Below, piece by piece: positions 1 to 13,283 of a stretch of DNA of 64,000 nt (the stretch's first letter is position 1; every line of letters starts with the position of its first letter). The stretch covers positions 33,852,001 to 33,916,000 of the forward strand of contig CM059427.1 in NCBI GenBank assembly GCA_030390025.1, read 5' to 3'. A model generated the notes under the pieces. The model made no database searches. It had not been told where the DNA came from and saw only the letters and a list, made by a program, of their open reading frames with translations. The position numbers were made by a program, and so were the translations under genes. Origin of the DNA: Squalus acanthias. Taxonomy: Eukaryota.

Positions 1-48
1 CCCTCTTAAGGCGCTAACGGGAGGCGCAACCAACTGAATTTTTCCCCC
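1..48. mobile_element. Right end of a GC-rich Harbinger-type MITE nested in a CR1 element
   Basis: Matches the terminus of the element at 62440-63142 (GCGCTAAcGGGAGGcGCAA...GAATTTTTCCCC). Confidence 0.7.
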
Positions 49-3000
49 TATGTCTCTATTTATGAAGCCCAGGATCTCGTATGCTTTTTTAACCACTTTC
101 TCAACCTGCCCTGCCACCTTCAACGATTTGTTCACATATACCCCCAGGTCTCTCTGTTCATGCACCCCCTTTAGAATTGTACCCTTTAGTTTATATTGCC
201 TCTCCTCGTTCTTCCTACCAAAATGTATCACTTCGCACTTTTCTGCATTAAATTTAATCTGCCATGTGTCCGCCCATTCCACCAGCCTGTCTATATCCTC
301 TTGAAGTCTATCACTATCCTCCTCACTGTTCACTATACTTCCAAGTTTTGTGTCATCTGCAGATTTTGAAATTTGCCCCGTACACCCAAGTCTAAGTCAT
401 TAATATATATCAAGAAAAGCAGTGGTCCTAGTACCGACTCCTGGGGAATACCACTGTGTACCTTCCTCCAGTCCAATAAACAACTGTTAACCACTACTCT
501 CTGTTACCTGTCACTTAGCCAATTTCATATCCATGCTGCCACTGTCCCTTTTATTCCATGGGCTTCAACTTTGCTGGAAGCCTATTACATGGCACTTTAT
601 CAAATGCCTTTTGGAAGTCCATGTACACCACATCAACCACATTGCCCTCATCAACCCTCTCTGTTACATCATCAAAAAACTCGATCAAGTTAGTTAAACA
701 CAATTTGCCTTTAACAAATCCACGCTGGCTTTCCTTAATTAATCCACACTTGTCCAAATGACTGTTAATTTTGTCCCAGATTATCGTTTATAAAAGCTTC
801 CCCACTACCGAAGTTAAACTGACTCGCCTGTAGTTGCTGGGTTTATCCTTACACCCTTTTTTGAACAAAGATGTAACATTTGCAATTCTACAGTCATCTA
901 GCACCACCCCCGTATCCAAGCAGTACCCTCACAATTTCCACCTTTACTTCCCTCAGCATCGTAGGATGCATCCCATCAGTCCTGGTGACTTATCTACTTT
1001 AAGTACAGCCAACCTTTCTAGTACCTCCTCTTTATCAATTTTTATCGCATCCAGTATCTCAACTACCTCCTCTTTCACTATGACTTTGGCAGCATCTTCT
1101 TCCTTGGTAAAGACAAATGCAAAGTATTCATTTAGTACCTCAGCCATGCCCTCTGCCTCCATGTGGAGGTCTCCATTTTGGTCTCTAATCGGCCCCACCC
1201 CTCCTCTTACTACCCTTTTACTATTTATATGCCTATAGAAGACTTTTGGATTCCCTTTTATTGTAGCTGCCAATCTATTCTCATACTCTCTCTTTGCCCC
1301 TCTTATTTCCTTTTTCACTTCCCCTCTGAACTTTCTATATTCAGCCTGGTTCTCACTTGTATTCTCAACCTGACATATGCCCCCTTTTTCTGCTTCATCT
1401 TACTCTATCTCTTTCGTCATCCAGGAAGCTCTGGCTTTGGTTGTCTTACCTTTCCCCTTCGTGAGAATGTACCTCGACTGTACCCGAACCATCTCCTCTT
1501 TAAAGGCAGCCCATTGTTCGATTACAGTTTTGCCTGCCAATCTTTAATTCCAATTTACCTGGGCCAGATCCATTCTCATCCCACTGAAATTGGCCCTCCT
1601 CCTATTAAGTATTTTTACTCTAGATTGCTCCCTGTCCTTTTCCATAGCTAGTCTAAACCTTCTGTCCTTGACCCTCCAGGATGTCCTCTCTCTCCAGCAC
1701 AGTAATATTCTCCTTAATCAATACTGCCACACTACCTCCTATCTTTCCTTCCCTATCTTTCCTGAACACCTTATATCCAGGAATATTTAGTACCGATCCT
1801 GCCCTTTTTTGAGCCAGGTCTCCATTATCGCCACAACATCATATTCCCATGAGGCTATTTGTGCCTGCAGCTCACCAACCTTATTTACCACACTTCGTGC
1901 ATTCACACACATGCACTGTAACCCTATCTTAGACCTTCTTGTATTCTCTCTTAGTCTGACCCCACCTAATACCATACTATTTCTTACTCTAGTGCTATCT
2001 GTCTCTCCCAATCCTTTGTGCACCTTATTTCTCCTTTCTAATGGTGCCCATGCTGGTGCCCATTCCCCTGCCAAATTAGTTTAAACCCTCCCCAACAGCA
2101 CTAGCAACCGCCTCCTGCGAGGACATTGGTCCCAGCTCTGTTGAAGAGCAACCTGTCCGGCTGGTACATGTCCTACCTCGCCCAGAACTGGTCCTAATGT
2201 CCCAGGAATCTAAAGCCTTCCCTCCTGCACCATCGCTCCAGCCACACATTCATCTGCTCTGTCCTCCTATTTCTATACTCACTAGCTTGTGGCACTGGGA
2301 GTAATCCGGAGATTACTACCTTTGAGGTCCTGCTTTTTAATCTCTTTCCTAGCTCCCTAAAATCTGTCTGCAGGACCTCATCCCTCTTTCTACCTATGTC
2401 GTTGATACAGATATGGACCACGACCTCTGGCTGTTCATCCTCCCCCCTCAGAATGTTCTGCAGCCGCTCAGTAACATCTTTGACCCTGGCACCAGGGAGG
2501 CAACATACCATCCTGGAATCACGACTGCGGCCGCAGAAACGTTTGTCTGTTCCCCAACTATCGAATCTCCTATCACTATTGCTTTCCCGATCTTCCTTCC
2601 CCCCCCCGCCCCCCCACCCCCGTACAACTGAGCCACCCGTGGACTTGGCTCTGGCTGTACTCCCTAGAGGAACCATCGCCCTCACCAGTATTCAGTCTAC
2701 TGGTTAGAGAGTGAGATGGACTCAGGGGACTCCTGCACTACCTGCCTGGTCCTCCTCTTCTGTCTGGTGGTCACCCATTCCTTCTCTGCCTGTACACTCT
2801 TATGCTGTGGGGTGATCACCTCCTGAAATGTGCTATCCACGTAGTTCTCAGCCTCATGGATGCACCGCAGTGACGCCAGCTGCTGCTCAAGCTCCAAAAC
2901 CTGGAGCTTGAGCTCCTCCAGCTGACAACAGTTCCTGCACATGTGGTTTCCAGGACATGGGAAGCGTCCTAGAGTTCCCACATGGCACAAGATGTGCATT

Positions 3001-3097
3001 CCATGGGACTGAGGTGCCCTGCCATGTCTCTACCTAATAGAGTAACTTAACAGAAATAAACTTAAGACTTAAAGAAAAAACAATCACCAGCTACTCA
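49..3097 (-). mobile_element. Decayed CR1-clade LINE (ORF1 plus broken ORF2; 3' end outside the window)
   Basis: ORF1 esterase-like MVCCLPGARVKDV...VISGLLPVP; ORF2 pieces NARSVVNKVGEL, KSPG, CLTNLIEFFDDVT, VYMDFQKAFDKVP; frameshifts and an internal endonuclease deletion. Confidence 0.92.
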
Positions 3098-3112
3098 TAA
3101 ACATAAACATAA

Positions 3113-3520
3113 ACTAGGCTTGTATTCCCTGGAATATAGAAGGTTAAGTGGTGTTTTGATTGAGGTTTTTATGATCTTGAAAAGAATTGATAGGGTAGTT
3201 AGATACTTTTTCCACTGGTGGGGGAGTCTGGGACAAGTGAACATAATCTTAAAATCAGAGCCAAGCCATTCAGGAGAGAAGTTAGGAAACACTTCTTCCT
3301 GCAAAGGGTGATAGAAGTGTGGAACTCTCTCCCACAAAAACCAGTAGATATTAGCTCAATTAATCATTTTAAATCTGAGATCGCTAGATTTTTTCTAGCC
3401 AAGCATATAAAAGGCTATGGAGCCAAGGCAAGTGGATGGAGTTAAGACACTGATCAGCCATGATCTAATGGCAGAACAGGCTCGAGGGGCTGAATGGCCT
3501 ATTCCTGTTCCTATGTTCCT
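3113..3520 (+). mobile_element. CR1 LINE 3' fragment
   Basis: YSLEYRRLSGVLIEVF / KHFFLQRVIEVWNSLP and the typical 3' end GGCTCGAGGGGCTGAATGGCCTATTCCTGTTCCTATGTTCCT. Confidence 0.88.
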
Positions 3521-5214
3521 ACATGTGACATATCCAAAAGTGCTGAAGTGAAAAGTATCCAGATAAAAATCTGGCCACAATATTGTAAAAGGAATTTTTT
3601 TAAGGATCTTAAAAATGCAGTGCTCCAATGCATTGCGCAACAGAGTGATGGGACAAGATTTGCACTCATATCTTCATACTGAGTTCCATTTCTCAGTGTG
3701 CCATCAGGCAGTGGCACTTTCACACAAAGAAAGAGGGAGAGCCAGAGGAAAAGTCACTCACAACCAGTCTGGCAGAACTTCTAGTGGCTGATTTCATGGG
3801 AATCTCGAAAGAGATGAGTGAAAGTATTAAAAAAACTACAGGAAAGATGCTAGGACACTGTCACCAACATTTCCCTAACATAATCCATTGTTTATGCTTA
3901 GTCTTATACCCTTTAAGATTCTGCTGCTTATTTTATATCCTGTTTCAGCTAGCAAGCCTTGTGATCTTAGTTTTCTTCAAAGAAAAATTATCATGTAACT
4001 CCGTCTTTCATGTTAAAAACTGAGACAATAATTAAGAGACTCCTGAACCTTAAAAAGCTAGCCCTGCAGCAATTCAGGTAGTGCATGCTGCTACTGTCCT
4101 ACTGTTGCTGCATGTCTGCTTAAAGGATCCTCTGAAAACTAAAGACACAAAACCTATTAAGGGGAAAGGGACCCTATCTTTGTCAAAGAATGTTTGCCAA
4201 ATGAAGAAAAAAGATTTGGCAGACACTTGACATGATGATGTGATGCCTGTCAAAATGTCTCATTGTGTTGTGAAAACAATGAAAACAACACGCAGTCGTT
4301 TTGGCTCTTCTCTCTCCCCAGTGACAAGTACAGTGCCTCTTTAATAATGTGCTGTATAACTTTGATCCTGTACTGTGGGACAGTATGATTAAATATTGAC
4401 TGCAGTTTAGGACCAAAGCTGAAAACTATTGACCCAAAGATTACAGAAGTGATGACATTGTGTTATGATGCCTGAAGCCAAAGATTTTGAAGGCATTATT
4501 CACACTTAAGGTCACTTCTGCAACCAGAGGGGCAATAGTTTACCAATTACAGCCTAAAAACTACCATCAATATTTGCTTTATTATACCCTTGAGATCAAT
4601 TTATTTTAAAAACAACAAACATTTTCACCTCTTGTTCTTTGTGATGTCAGTAGCCAACATTCCTTGTTCTACTGCCCATTGACACCACTCATTGGAGACT
4701 ATTACTATATGATGTCAGTTACCAGACAGTAATGAAAGCTATATTCTTATATATGACAAATCTTCAGTACACTTTTAGCACCTCATTCCAAAGGGCCAAT
4801 CATTTACATTGCTATATATACAATGATGACTTTAGTGACTTTGACGGGCATCTCACTGAAAGAGAAAGTCTCATAGTATTCTTCTATTAGTCATGTGATA
4901 AAGTATTTTGTGTCTAGTTACAATATGGGTACATGCAACAGGCACTATTTAATGTCATTCTGCAATAAACTGAGGGAGCTTGGAGATTAGTAAACATAAT
5001 AAAGTTTGTTTGTTTCAGTATGTCAAAAACTCTTGTAACACTACTTACTAACTTCACGATAAACTGAGGATGTTTTGAGGCCCATAGCTAAAAGAGATTT
5101 TGAAGGTTTGCTCCTACAGATTAAGTTTATGATTATAGTTTTTTTTTTAATTCCTAGGATGGAGTTAAAGCCAGTACTATAATATCTGTGTTCTGGTGAA
5201 ATCACATAACTTAG

Positions 5215-5600
5215 GCTCTCCCCTGATAATGGAGTGTGTTTATTCAGCCAGTATCCGAGCAAAATAGACTAAGAAGGTTTGGTTCCTGATCATGTTGAAT
5301 CCGCTGATCTCAGCCAGGGTGGTGAAAGGGATGCTACAACTGGACTCCATCCCCATGGGTTAGAAAGAAGAAAATCCGCCACTCTTAAACCCACACTTGA
5401 TCACTATACAACAATCCCTGCCTGAGGTGTGTGTATGTCGGTTTTGGTGAGGACAGGACAGGCTCAATTGTGATGCTCCCTGCAGTCAAACAGCTTGGCC
5501 ACATTCACTGTTTAGGCTTACGAATGAATTATGACAACTTGGACAAGGTGCCAGAGGACGCCAATCACCTGTGGAACTGTATGTCAAACTGTGGTCAATG
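5215..5600 (+). mobile_element. Old tRNA-derived SINE (AmnSINE2-like; name tentative)
   Basis: Core GCTGATCTCAGCCAGGG...GCTACAA...GGTGAGGACAGG...TGTGATGC shared with copies near 16.8, 17.9-18.2, 36.4 and 55.0 kb. Confidence 0.55.
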
Positions 5601-5661
5601 TCTTCACGAGAGGGGGGAATGGTGAAAAATGGTAAGAAAAGAGGGATAAAAAGAAATACTG

Positions 5662-6060
5662 CGTCATTGGCTCAGTGGTAGCACTTTCACCTGTGAGTCA
5701 GAAGGTCGTGGGTTCAAGACATACATCAGAGACTTGAGCACATAAGTTGGCTGATATTTCAGAGCAGTATTGTGGGGGTGCTGGTCTGCTGGAAGTGCCA
5801 TCTTTCGGATGAGATGTTAAACCGAGGCCTTGCCTGCTCTCAGGTGGGCGTAAAAGATCCCATGGCACTATCTGAAGATGATCAGTGGAGTTCCCCCAAT
5901 GTCCTGGCTAATATTTATCCCTCAACCAACATCATTCAAAAATTAGTTTATCTGGTCATTTATCTCGTTACTGTTTGTGGGACCTTGCTGTGCACAAATT
6001 GTTTTCCTACATTACAACAGTGACTGCACTTCAAAAGTACTTCATTAGCTGTAAAGTCCG
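5662..6060 (+). mobile_element. Deu-domain SINE (SacSINE1/AmnSINE1-like)
   Basis: tRNA-like head (TGGCTCAGTGG; GGTTCAAG), Deu core GGATGAGATGTTAAACCGAGG...AAAGATCCCATGGCACTA...AATATTTATCCCTCAACCAACATCA. Confidence 0.8.
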
Positions 6061-6513
6061 AGGGTCATCTTTCTTTCTTCTTTCTATTTGGTTGCTTTGT
6101 TTGTGTTATTTTCTCTTATCCCTTTATACGATACATGTAGCATGCAAACCAATGGTCTATGCTCAGTGGTTTCTGATTCTACCAAGCTAATTTTATTTTT
6201 AAAAGGATTAAATTGACGTAGTTTTTGTGAACAATGCTGATCCAGGTGTATATTTCTTTTTTTCAACATGCTTCTTGCTGAAATAAAGCAATTTTTAAAC
6301 TTTTTTGCCAATTAGAACCACTACCGATAATGTTGCCATGAGTTTTATTCTGTTGTCTCTCACTAAATCCAGCAGTAAATTCAACTAAAAATAATGTAAA
6401 AGATAAAACATAACTTGCATTTTAAATTTTTGCTTTTCAACTAATCACCTAAATAAATAGAAGAAATGTTGGGGACAAGTGATGTTAAACAGTTTGGGCT
6501 TTTTAAACACCAT

Positions 6514-6700
6514 AGGGTAGATTTTCAACTTGCTGCCTGAGCATAAAAATGGCATTGCCAATCGGACGCCCATTATAGAAACTGCCTGATTTTCAATGCC
6601 ATTGATTTCATTGAAATAAAAATTGGGTGCTTTCTATACCCGACGGCCAATCTGCAACGCCAGTTTTACACTCGGACAGCAAGTTTTAAAATATACCCCC
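6514..6700. mobile_element. Palindromic ~186 bp MITE
   Basis: Left GGGTAGATTTTCAACTTGCTGCCTGAGCATAAAAATGGC matches the reverse complement of the right end GGGTATATTTTAAAACTTGCTGTCCGAGTGTAAAACTGGC. Confidence 0.75.
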
Positions 6701-6973
6701 ACTTCTGTTCTAATGGTTAAAGCAGGCTTTGAATGAGCAGTACCTGCCCGCCATGATCAAGTAGTGTATGTCCTGGACTGTGAAGTTAATTGCTAACAAT
6801 TACCCTATCTAGCTGTAACATGGAGCACTAAAACTGTGTACAATGTTCCCACTGCTTCTCCTGTCTCTCGAAAATTAGCTACTAATCAGTGTATGTACAC
6901 GGAAACAATTCAGAAATGCAGAGATAATAGACAAATATTATATAGTACAGTAACCAGGTAAAAGATCAAGCTA

Positions 6974-8455
6974 TTAACCCGGGGCGGGAATCGAACGTAT
7001 GGGACGAGCAGCAAATCCCCCAACATGATTTTAACTCAGGGCCTAATTTTAATATGATTGAGAGGCTGGCCACCCAATCACCTCAGGAAACGGACAGCCC
7101 ACCTACTTTCACGGCAAAGTGTCTGGCAGGCCACCTGAGGCCTATTTGAAGTGGGTGTGCATCTCTTAAAGTGAGTTTGCATTCCCTGCTTTCATAATTT
7201 GCTGTCATACTGCTGCAAGGATGGTCATTTTAGTAATGAATCGGAGGGCTGCTCATAGGTTTTCTGATGCCTCCCTGGAAGTATTGGGGGAGGAAGTTAG
7301 GGCAAGGAGGGATGTACTGTTCCCTAGCACCCGCAGGAGCATACCCAGGGTGACTAACCAGCAAGCCTGAGAGGGTCAGTGCCAGCAGCATTACCTCCAG
7401 GACCTGGGTTCAATGTAGAAAGAGCTTCAATGACCTGGTAAGAGCAGCAAGGATAAGTGCAGCTCTTCATCTGTCCATCTCTCTCAACAACACCTGTCAA
7501 CACTCATTTCACCCCCTCCCCAGCACTTTCAACAATTCCCTTTCCCCATCACATCCTTCAGCATACAATCACAAGGGCACACTGCAACACCTCTCTCTCT
7601 CATTCCAAACACACTGACCTCCTCCTTTGCTCTCTTCACACCACACACTAACAGCATTCTAATCTCACATCCTAGTACTTGCAGAACTATAAACTCCTCC
7701 CAGCACTCCTAACTCACTTCACATTCCACACACTTGAATTTGCATTCATTACCTCCCCATTCTCATTCCATCTTGCTTCTTCTCCAGCACATGTACTATA
7801 TGCACAAACCCTACACATCTCCACTTTACTTTTTAAAAGCCACTCACTAACTCACACCCTCTCTTTCTGCAGGACAAAACAGCACATAATGCAAGGCAGG
7901 AACAAGATCAGGGGAGGAGTATGTGACATCATAGCCCTCACCCAAACAGAGCACAAAGCCCTGGAGATTAGTGGCCCAGGTCAAGCCATGAGCATTGGGG
8001 AAGGGCGACTTATTTGGGCAGGGTGTCTGCATATTACTTGTAACCTTTCATTCACCTCAGCAAATATTCAGAAAACTTGACAACTTCAAACTGCATTCTG
8101 AAGACTGTCATCTGCTAATGTCCAGCCTTTCAGTGCCATTCTAACTCTTCTCTCTTTACTCTTTACTTTCGGTCCGGGCCTAGAGGAAAGAGTAAAGGGA
8201 CAAGAGTTAGGATGGCACTGAGAGGTTGGACATTAGCAGGTGACAGTCTTTAGAATGCATCCTCAGAAGGATTGCCCTCCTCCAAGGTGTCTTCTTCTGC
8301 AGAGACAACACACCTGTGAGGAGGACAATCCTCCTGAGGATGCACCTTCATGCACAGCATCACTCCCAAGCGCCATTACAGAGCGGTAAGTTCTCTGAAG
8401 CGATTTTAACCGTCCGCCCCATTCTGCCGGGTGGGGTGGGTTAAAATTGCCCCTC
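6974..8455 (+). mobile_element. Defective PIF/Harbinger-type DNA transposon with a Myb/SANT-like gene remnant
   Basis: 7242-7452 translates RFSDASLEVLGEEVRARRDVLFP...QQA*E//SRTWVQCRKSFNDLVRAAR; next exon after tttctgcag at 7871; right terminus TTAAAATTGCCCC. Confidence 0.7.
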
Positions 8456-11055
8456 AAGAAGCAGGCCAGAAGAGGTTCATTACCATTATTAAGCGTCAGG
8501 CTTTCTCTAGGTTAAAATAAACAATCCTTACAGTTGTTTTTAGAATGGAACAGTTTCTTAGGATGAAATAGATGAGTTTCCTCTTGTCCCTTGGCAAATA
8601 GATTAGATCCTTCAGTTATAGATGTTCCACATGGAATACGTGAACCCCCAATGTCACAGAGTTCTATGCATTTGAAAGGATATTAACAGCTAAGCCAAAG
8701 CTATTGATCTCTGAAAGATTCCGGTGTTTTATACTCTGAATGGTAAATTTTATGATGGGGTATTTGAACATCTCTCAGGTATAGACCGCAATCAGAAAAT
8801 TCTGAATCTACCACTAACCCGTGCCTAGACTGGTACATTTGTCTTCAAATAAACCAGCACAAATTGCACAATTTATGACAAGTGGTTTATAGAGAATAAA
8901 CTGCTCATCTCACAGTTGACATTACTCACTTGTTATATAACCAATATCACGCTGTAGTTTACTTCTTCCAAATCACCAATCCTTGACGCGTATCTGCTAA
9001 ATAATAAAGGCTACATTATATTTTCACAAACTCCACTTATCTACATCCCAAGAATAATACCACCAAACACTATGAAGCTCAAACAAGCTTTAGAAATAAA
9101 CATAAATGCTACCTATTTCATATTGCAAAGACTAAACATGTCTGACAAAGATATAGGGAGCACAGTGAATTAAGGTATTCAGATGACATGGAAAACTGCC
9201 CGAGCTTTGTTATGTCATCATTAGCACTTTGTTGATCTAATTGTTAATTTAGATTTCACCGTCAACCATCTATTATCCTATTTACATTAGTTAACCATTT
9301 GTAGCATTAGTCACCTCCTTCTTCCCAAGTTATCTAAACTGATTTTCATTTGATAATGGAATATGACTTTCATATGACTTTTCCTTTTCAGCTTAGAGTG
9401 GTACAGACATCACAACTGCTTTGGTTTTCATTGTGTGCACTGGTAAAATAATTTGTTTTGTGACTTGGCGTGTAGAATTTCTGAAACAAAATGTGACTAT
9501 GATCATTTGCAAGAAGCAAATAATATCTTTATATTTAGAAAGAAAGGAAGAAAAAAATTGCATTTATATAGCACCTTTCACAATCTCAGGACATCTCAAA
9601 GTAATTGGAAACCTATTAACTGCATCATCACAAACTAACATGCATCTAATATTAAGCACAATTCAGGTAAAGAAATAAATTATTTGGAATGGTGTCGGAG
9701 GAAAAATTGGTCCCCCATCCCTCACTGATAATAACAATTGTTGTAAGTGAATCTCTGTACAGGCTACAATTTATCCATTATGCTAAATGTTGATGAATTC
9801 TAAGCCAACATAATCCTCCAACTACAATGATAATTTGTTAGATATTGAGCTGAAGAATGGCTGGGAAACCCTAACTAACCATTGAAACCTCTATCTATAT
9901 TTTGGTTGTGACTACCTTCAAAAGTACTTCTTTATTTCATTTGGAAGGTATTATATTGCATTGCCTGAGGCGTTTGTATCAGAGAACAAGGTCTACTTGC
10001 CTGAAGGCCGTGTCTAATATAAAAAACGAAATCTTTCCCCAGGGAAGCCTTTGCCAATTTCAAACTTCGTTCATCAACTAATGTTCAGCAGCTAGAAGAT
10101 TTGACTTATTTAATGTGGTTTCATGTATTTTGAATCGCTCTGTAAATATATACTTTATTAGCCAATCTTCTATGGCGTTGCTCATAGTGAATTAGAGAAT
10201 ATGCTGTTTTATGCAATGTTATATACAATATATTATTGGGGCTACTGACTTACACTGATTGAACAAGACAAATTGCCTTTTTATTCCTGGGTATTATGGA
10301 GTGTTAGTGGTATTCTATGATTATGTGCATATTTGCATGGAAACTATTAAAAGTTTATTTAATTATGTACTCTGTTTTATCTCTTATATTTTTTAAATCT
10401 AGGATAAGAGGAAGATGTTTCAGGTTGCAACAAGGTAGAAGGTAGGTCCTAGGAACTGCATGTCACAGTCGGGGGAAATTAAAGGGGCTCCATGGGTTGT
10501 AGTGTTAGGGATGGTCCTTAGGTTTGGGAGCAGGGTTCATAGGGTGTGGGAGCATTGGGGGTTGTAAGGGTCTGAGAGCACCTGGAAGGTTTTGGGGATG
10601 TGAGGGTACTAGGGGGACAGTAATGGTATTTGGGAACAATGGGAAGGGGTTACCAGAATTTTATAGAAGTAAGAGAAGGGTCTTCAGGTGTGCAGTGGTA
10701 GTGGAAGAAGGAATATGGGGTATGGCAGCACTGAGATAGTGGTAATGGAATGTGCGAGCATTGGGAAGGGGTGTTGCTGGATTTAAAAGTGCTGGGAGGG
10801 GTTGCTTATATGGAAGTACTGGGAGAAGGTTTGTGGGATGCTGCTAATAAAATCACCACCGTGATTGGACCCCAAGCCAGCCTCAAGGTCAGGTGTCAAG
10901 GTTCAGCATCTGTTTGAGGCAATGGGTGTGTAGTGGTGGAGGGAGGTGTTCATTCATGACAGGGAAGATTTCTTACAAGAGTTATCTAGCATTGACCTGG
11001 AGAAACAATTGGGTCATGCCCCTGTCGCCATTACCAGACTGCAAGCCTTGACCTT

Positions 11056-11899
11056 GGGTGCGACCTTGCCAACCCTGGGGAGGCGGGTATGGAGGCGGGA
11101 CTGCCGGGAAAATGGCAAAATTTGGGGGTGGGTTGGGCACCCGCCCCCAACCCGCCTCCGTGCCATCATGCCAGGAGGTGGGTAGCCGTCCCGCACCGGG
11201 TCCTGTCTCCTTGGAGGCGGGAAGGGGATTACAGTCACTTAACTGCCTGTTAACAGGTAGTTAACAGGCAGATAAGAGGATTATCCCCATTTTACCCACA
11301 AAAGTGCGGGCTTCCCGAAGGCTCCGAAACCCGCCAGGGTCACTGAGGCGAGTAGTGGGTCTGCGGGGGTCGGAGGGGTCCAAAAGTGTGCTGTGAAGGT
11401 AAGTGATGGGTGCAAGTGTGGAGAGGTGAGTATGTGAGGTAAGTGGAAAGTGTTAGAAAAAGTGTACTTACCTTTGTTTCTTCCTGCAGGCTTCAATCGG
11501 TGGGTATGCTGAGAGTCTCGCACCTCCGCGGTAGAGATGACAGATGGCCGTTGCATTCTCCAATGCAACAACCATCTAATTTCTGCAAAAGAGGTTTGAT
11601 GAGGTCTTGAATTCAAGAACTCATCAAACTACAGAGAATGTCACTGTTTGACAGCTTCACAGAGCTGTCAAACAATGACAATTCATCTGCCAAAAAATTT
11701 TGACAGATGAAACGTCATATGCTGACGTTCTCTGTAACTGGCTTTTCCTTAATTGGCCTGCTAAGCCCGCTGGGCAGGCTTAACAAGATCAATCAAGGAA
11801 AAATAGCGTGGGTTGGCCACAAATCAATGGAGGCGAGACATCGACCCGACAAGCAGCAGTCCCGCCTCCAACGTACCCCCATTGGCAAAATCGCCCCCC
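11056..11899. mobile_element. Non-autonomous DNA transposon with TIRs (Harbinger-like)
   Basis: Left GGGTGCGACCTTGCCAA...GGAGGCGGGACTGC matches reverse complement of right end GGGGGCGATTTTGCCAA...GGAGGCGGGACTGC; flanks compatible with a 3-bp TSD. Confidence 0.65.
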
Positions 11900-13283
11900 T
11901 TGTGTTTGAGTCCCAAGGCCCGAGACTCCTGTCTGTAGCTCTAAAGTTGTTTTCTCAGCCACTGTCAGGACCATGTTAAAGTTCCTCAATCACATTTTCA
12001 ACAACAACTTGCATTTATATAGTGCCTTTAATGTAGGAAAAATTCCCATGGCATGTTTTCAGCATTTTTATTATTTTAATATTTTAAAAGCATTGAAAAT
12101 GTGCGAAAGGAATTTTAAGCCAGTTTCTTGGAATGATTTTGAATCCAACTTTGGGTGGGATCCCTGTGATTCAAAGGATTTGGGCTTGCTGGCTGATTGT
12201 AGCAGAGGAGGGAGCATCACCAATGGAGAAATGAATTGTTGTCAGCATCAGGTCAAGGGACTAGTTATGGTGGGGTGACAGCAGAGTTAGAAATAGGCAA
12301 GGGAAAGGAATCATTGGGTCAAAGGTCTGATTTTAGCTGCTCCAAGAAAGATGCTTCGGTGAACAATGGTACCACGTCACTACTCGTCTTGGAGATAAAG
12401 CTGAAAGTCTCAGAAGTAAGCATACATTGGTGCTACATCCCTTGTAGACCAAAAGTGGAGGATTCAATTAGAGGTAAGTAAAATAAATAGGTAAGTTTAA
12501 TTGTGACAGAATAACATGACAGAAGTAGGCATTACAGAAAGTAAGTGTGATACTTATAGGTGTGCGCTTAGGGAGGACTTTTAATACATTAATAGAGATT
12601 ATTGCAATTTGTTCATTCTTAGCAGCATATATATATATAAGAGATGAAATAATCTCACTCCACTGCCATGACTGCAGCAGAGCAAAAATCACAATCCTCC
12701 TGTGCCTTGTGCTCCCAACACTGCAGCAATACATGAGGTCTTCAATGGGACAGATGGAATTCGCTCGCCCACAGCAAGAATTCCCAGGAAATGATCTTTG
12801 GGGGAGAGAACTGGGATGACCAGCACCTGACCAATTTCCTGTCCCTGCCTGTTATCTTCCATCTCTTTTACACCACCAGTCTGTCCCCATGTCCCAAGGT
12901 ACTTTGGGACCATACTGTTCTGTTGTATAATCTAATTATTAATCATTAACAACTGGATTATGCAATCAATTGTGTCTACTGTGTTATTTCTTTTTCGCTT
13001 TTGTAAATGTAATGTCCCTGTTAGGGGATAGGACAGGATGCAGCCCTGACAGGGTATAAATATGTGGCACCTGCAGGTTTGTGAAACTCCTCTGCACGGG
13101 CACAATTCTGAATGTACGTATACACCCACACAATTCCTGAAAAAGTCTAATAGTTTGTTAACACGCATAACAATAAAACAAAAACTGCAGTTATCTTGAG
13201 GACAGCAAGAGGCAGGCTGAATTCGAGACATTAAAAACGTTTTGTGTTCTATCTACTCTTACAACAGCAATATTGAGGCACTA

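Noticed and set aside
5662-5730. tRNA-like sequence
   Set aside because: SINE head: the T-arm and acceptor stem are degenerate and a Deu core follows.
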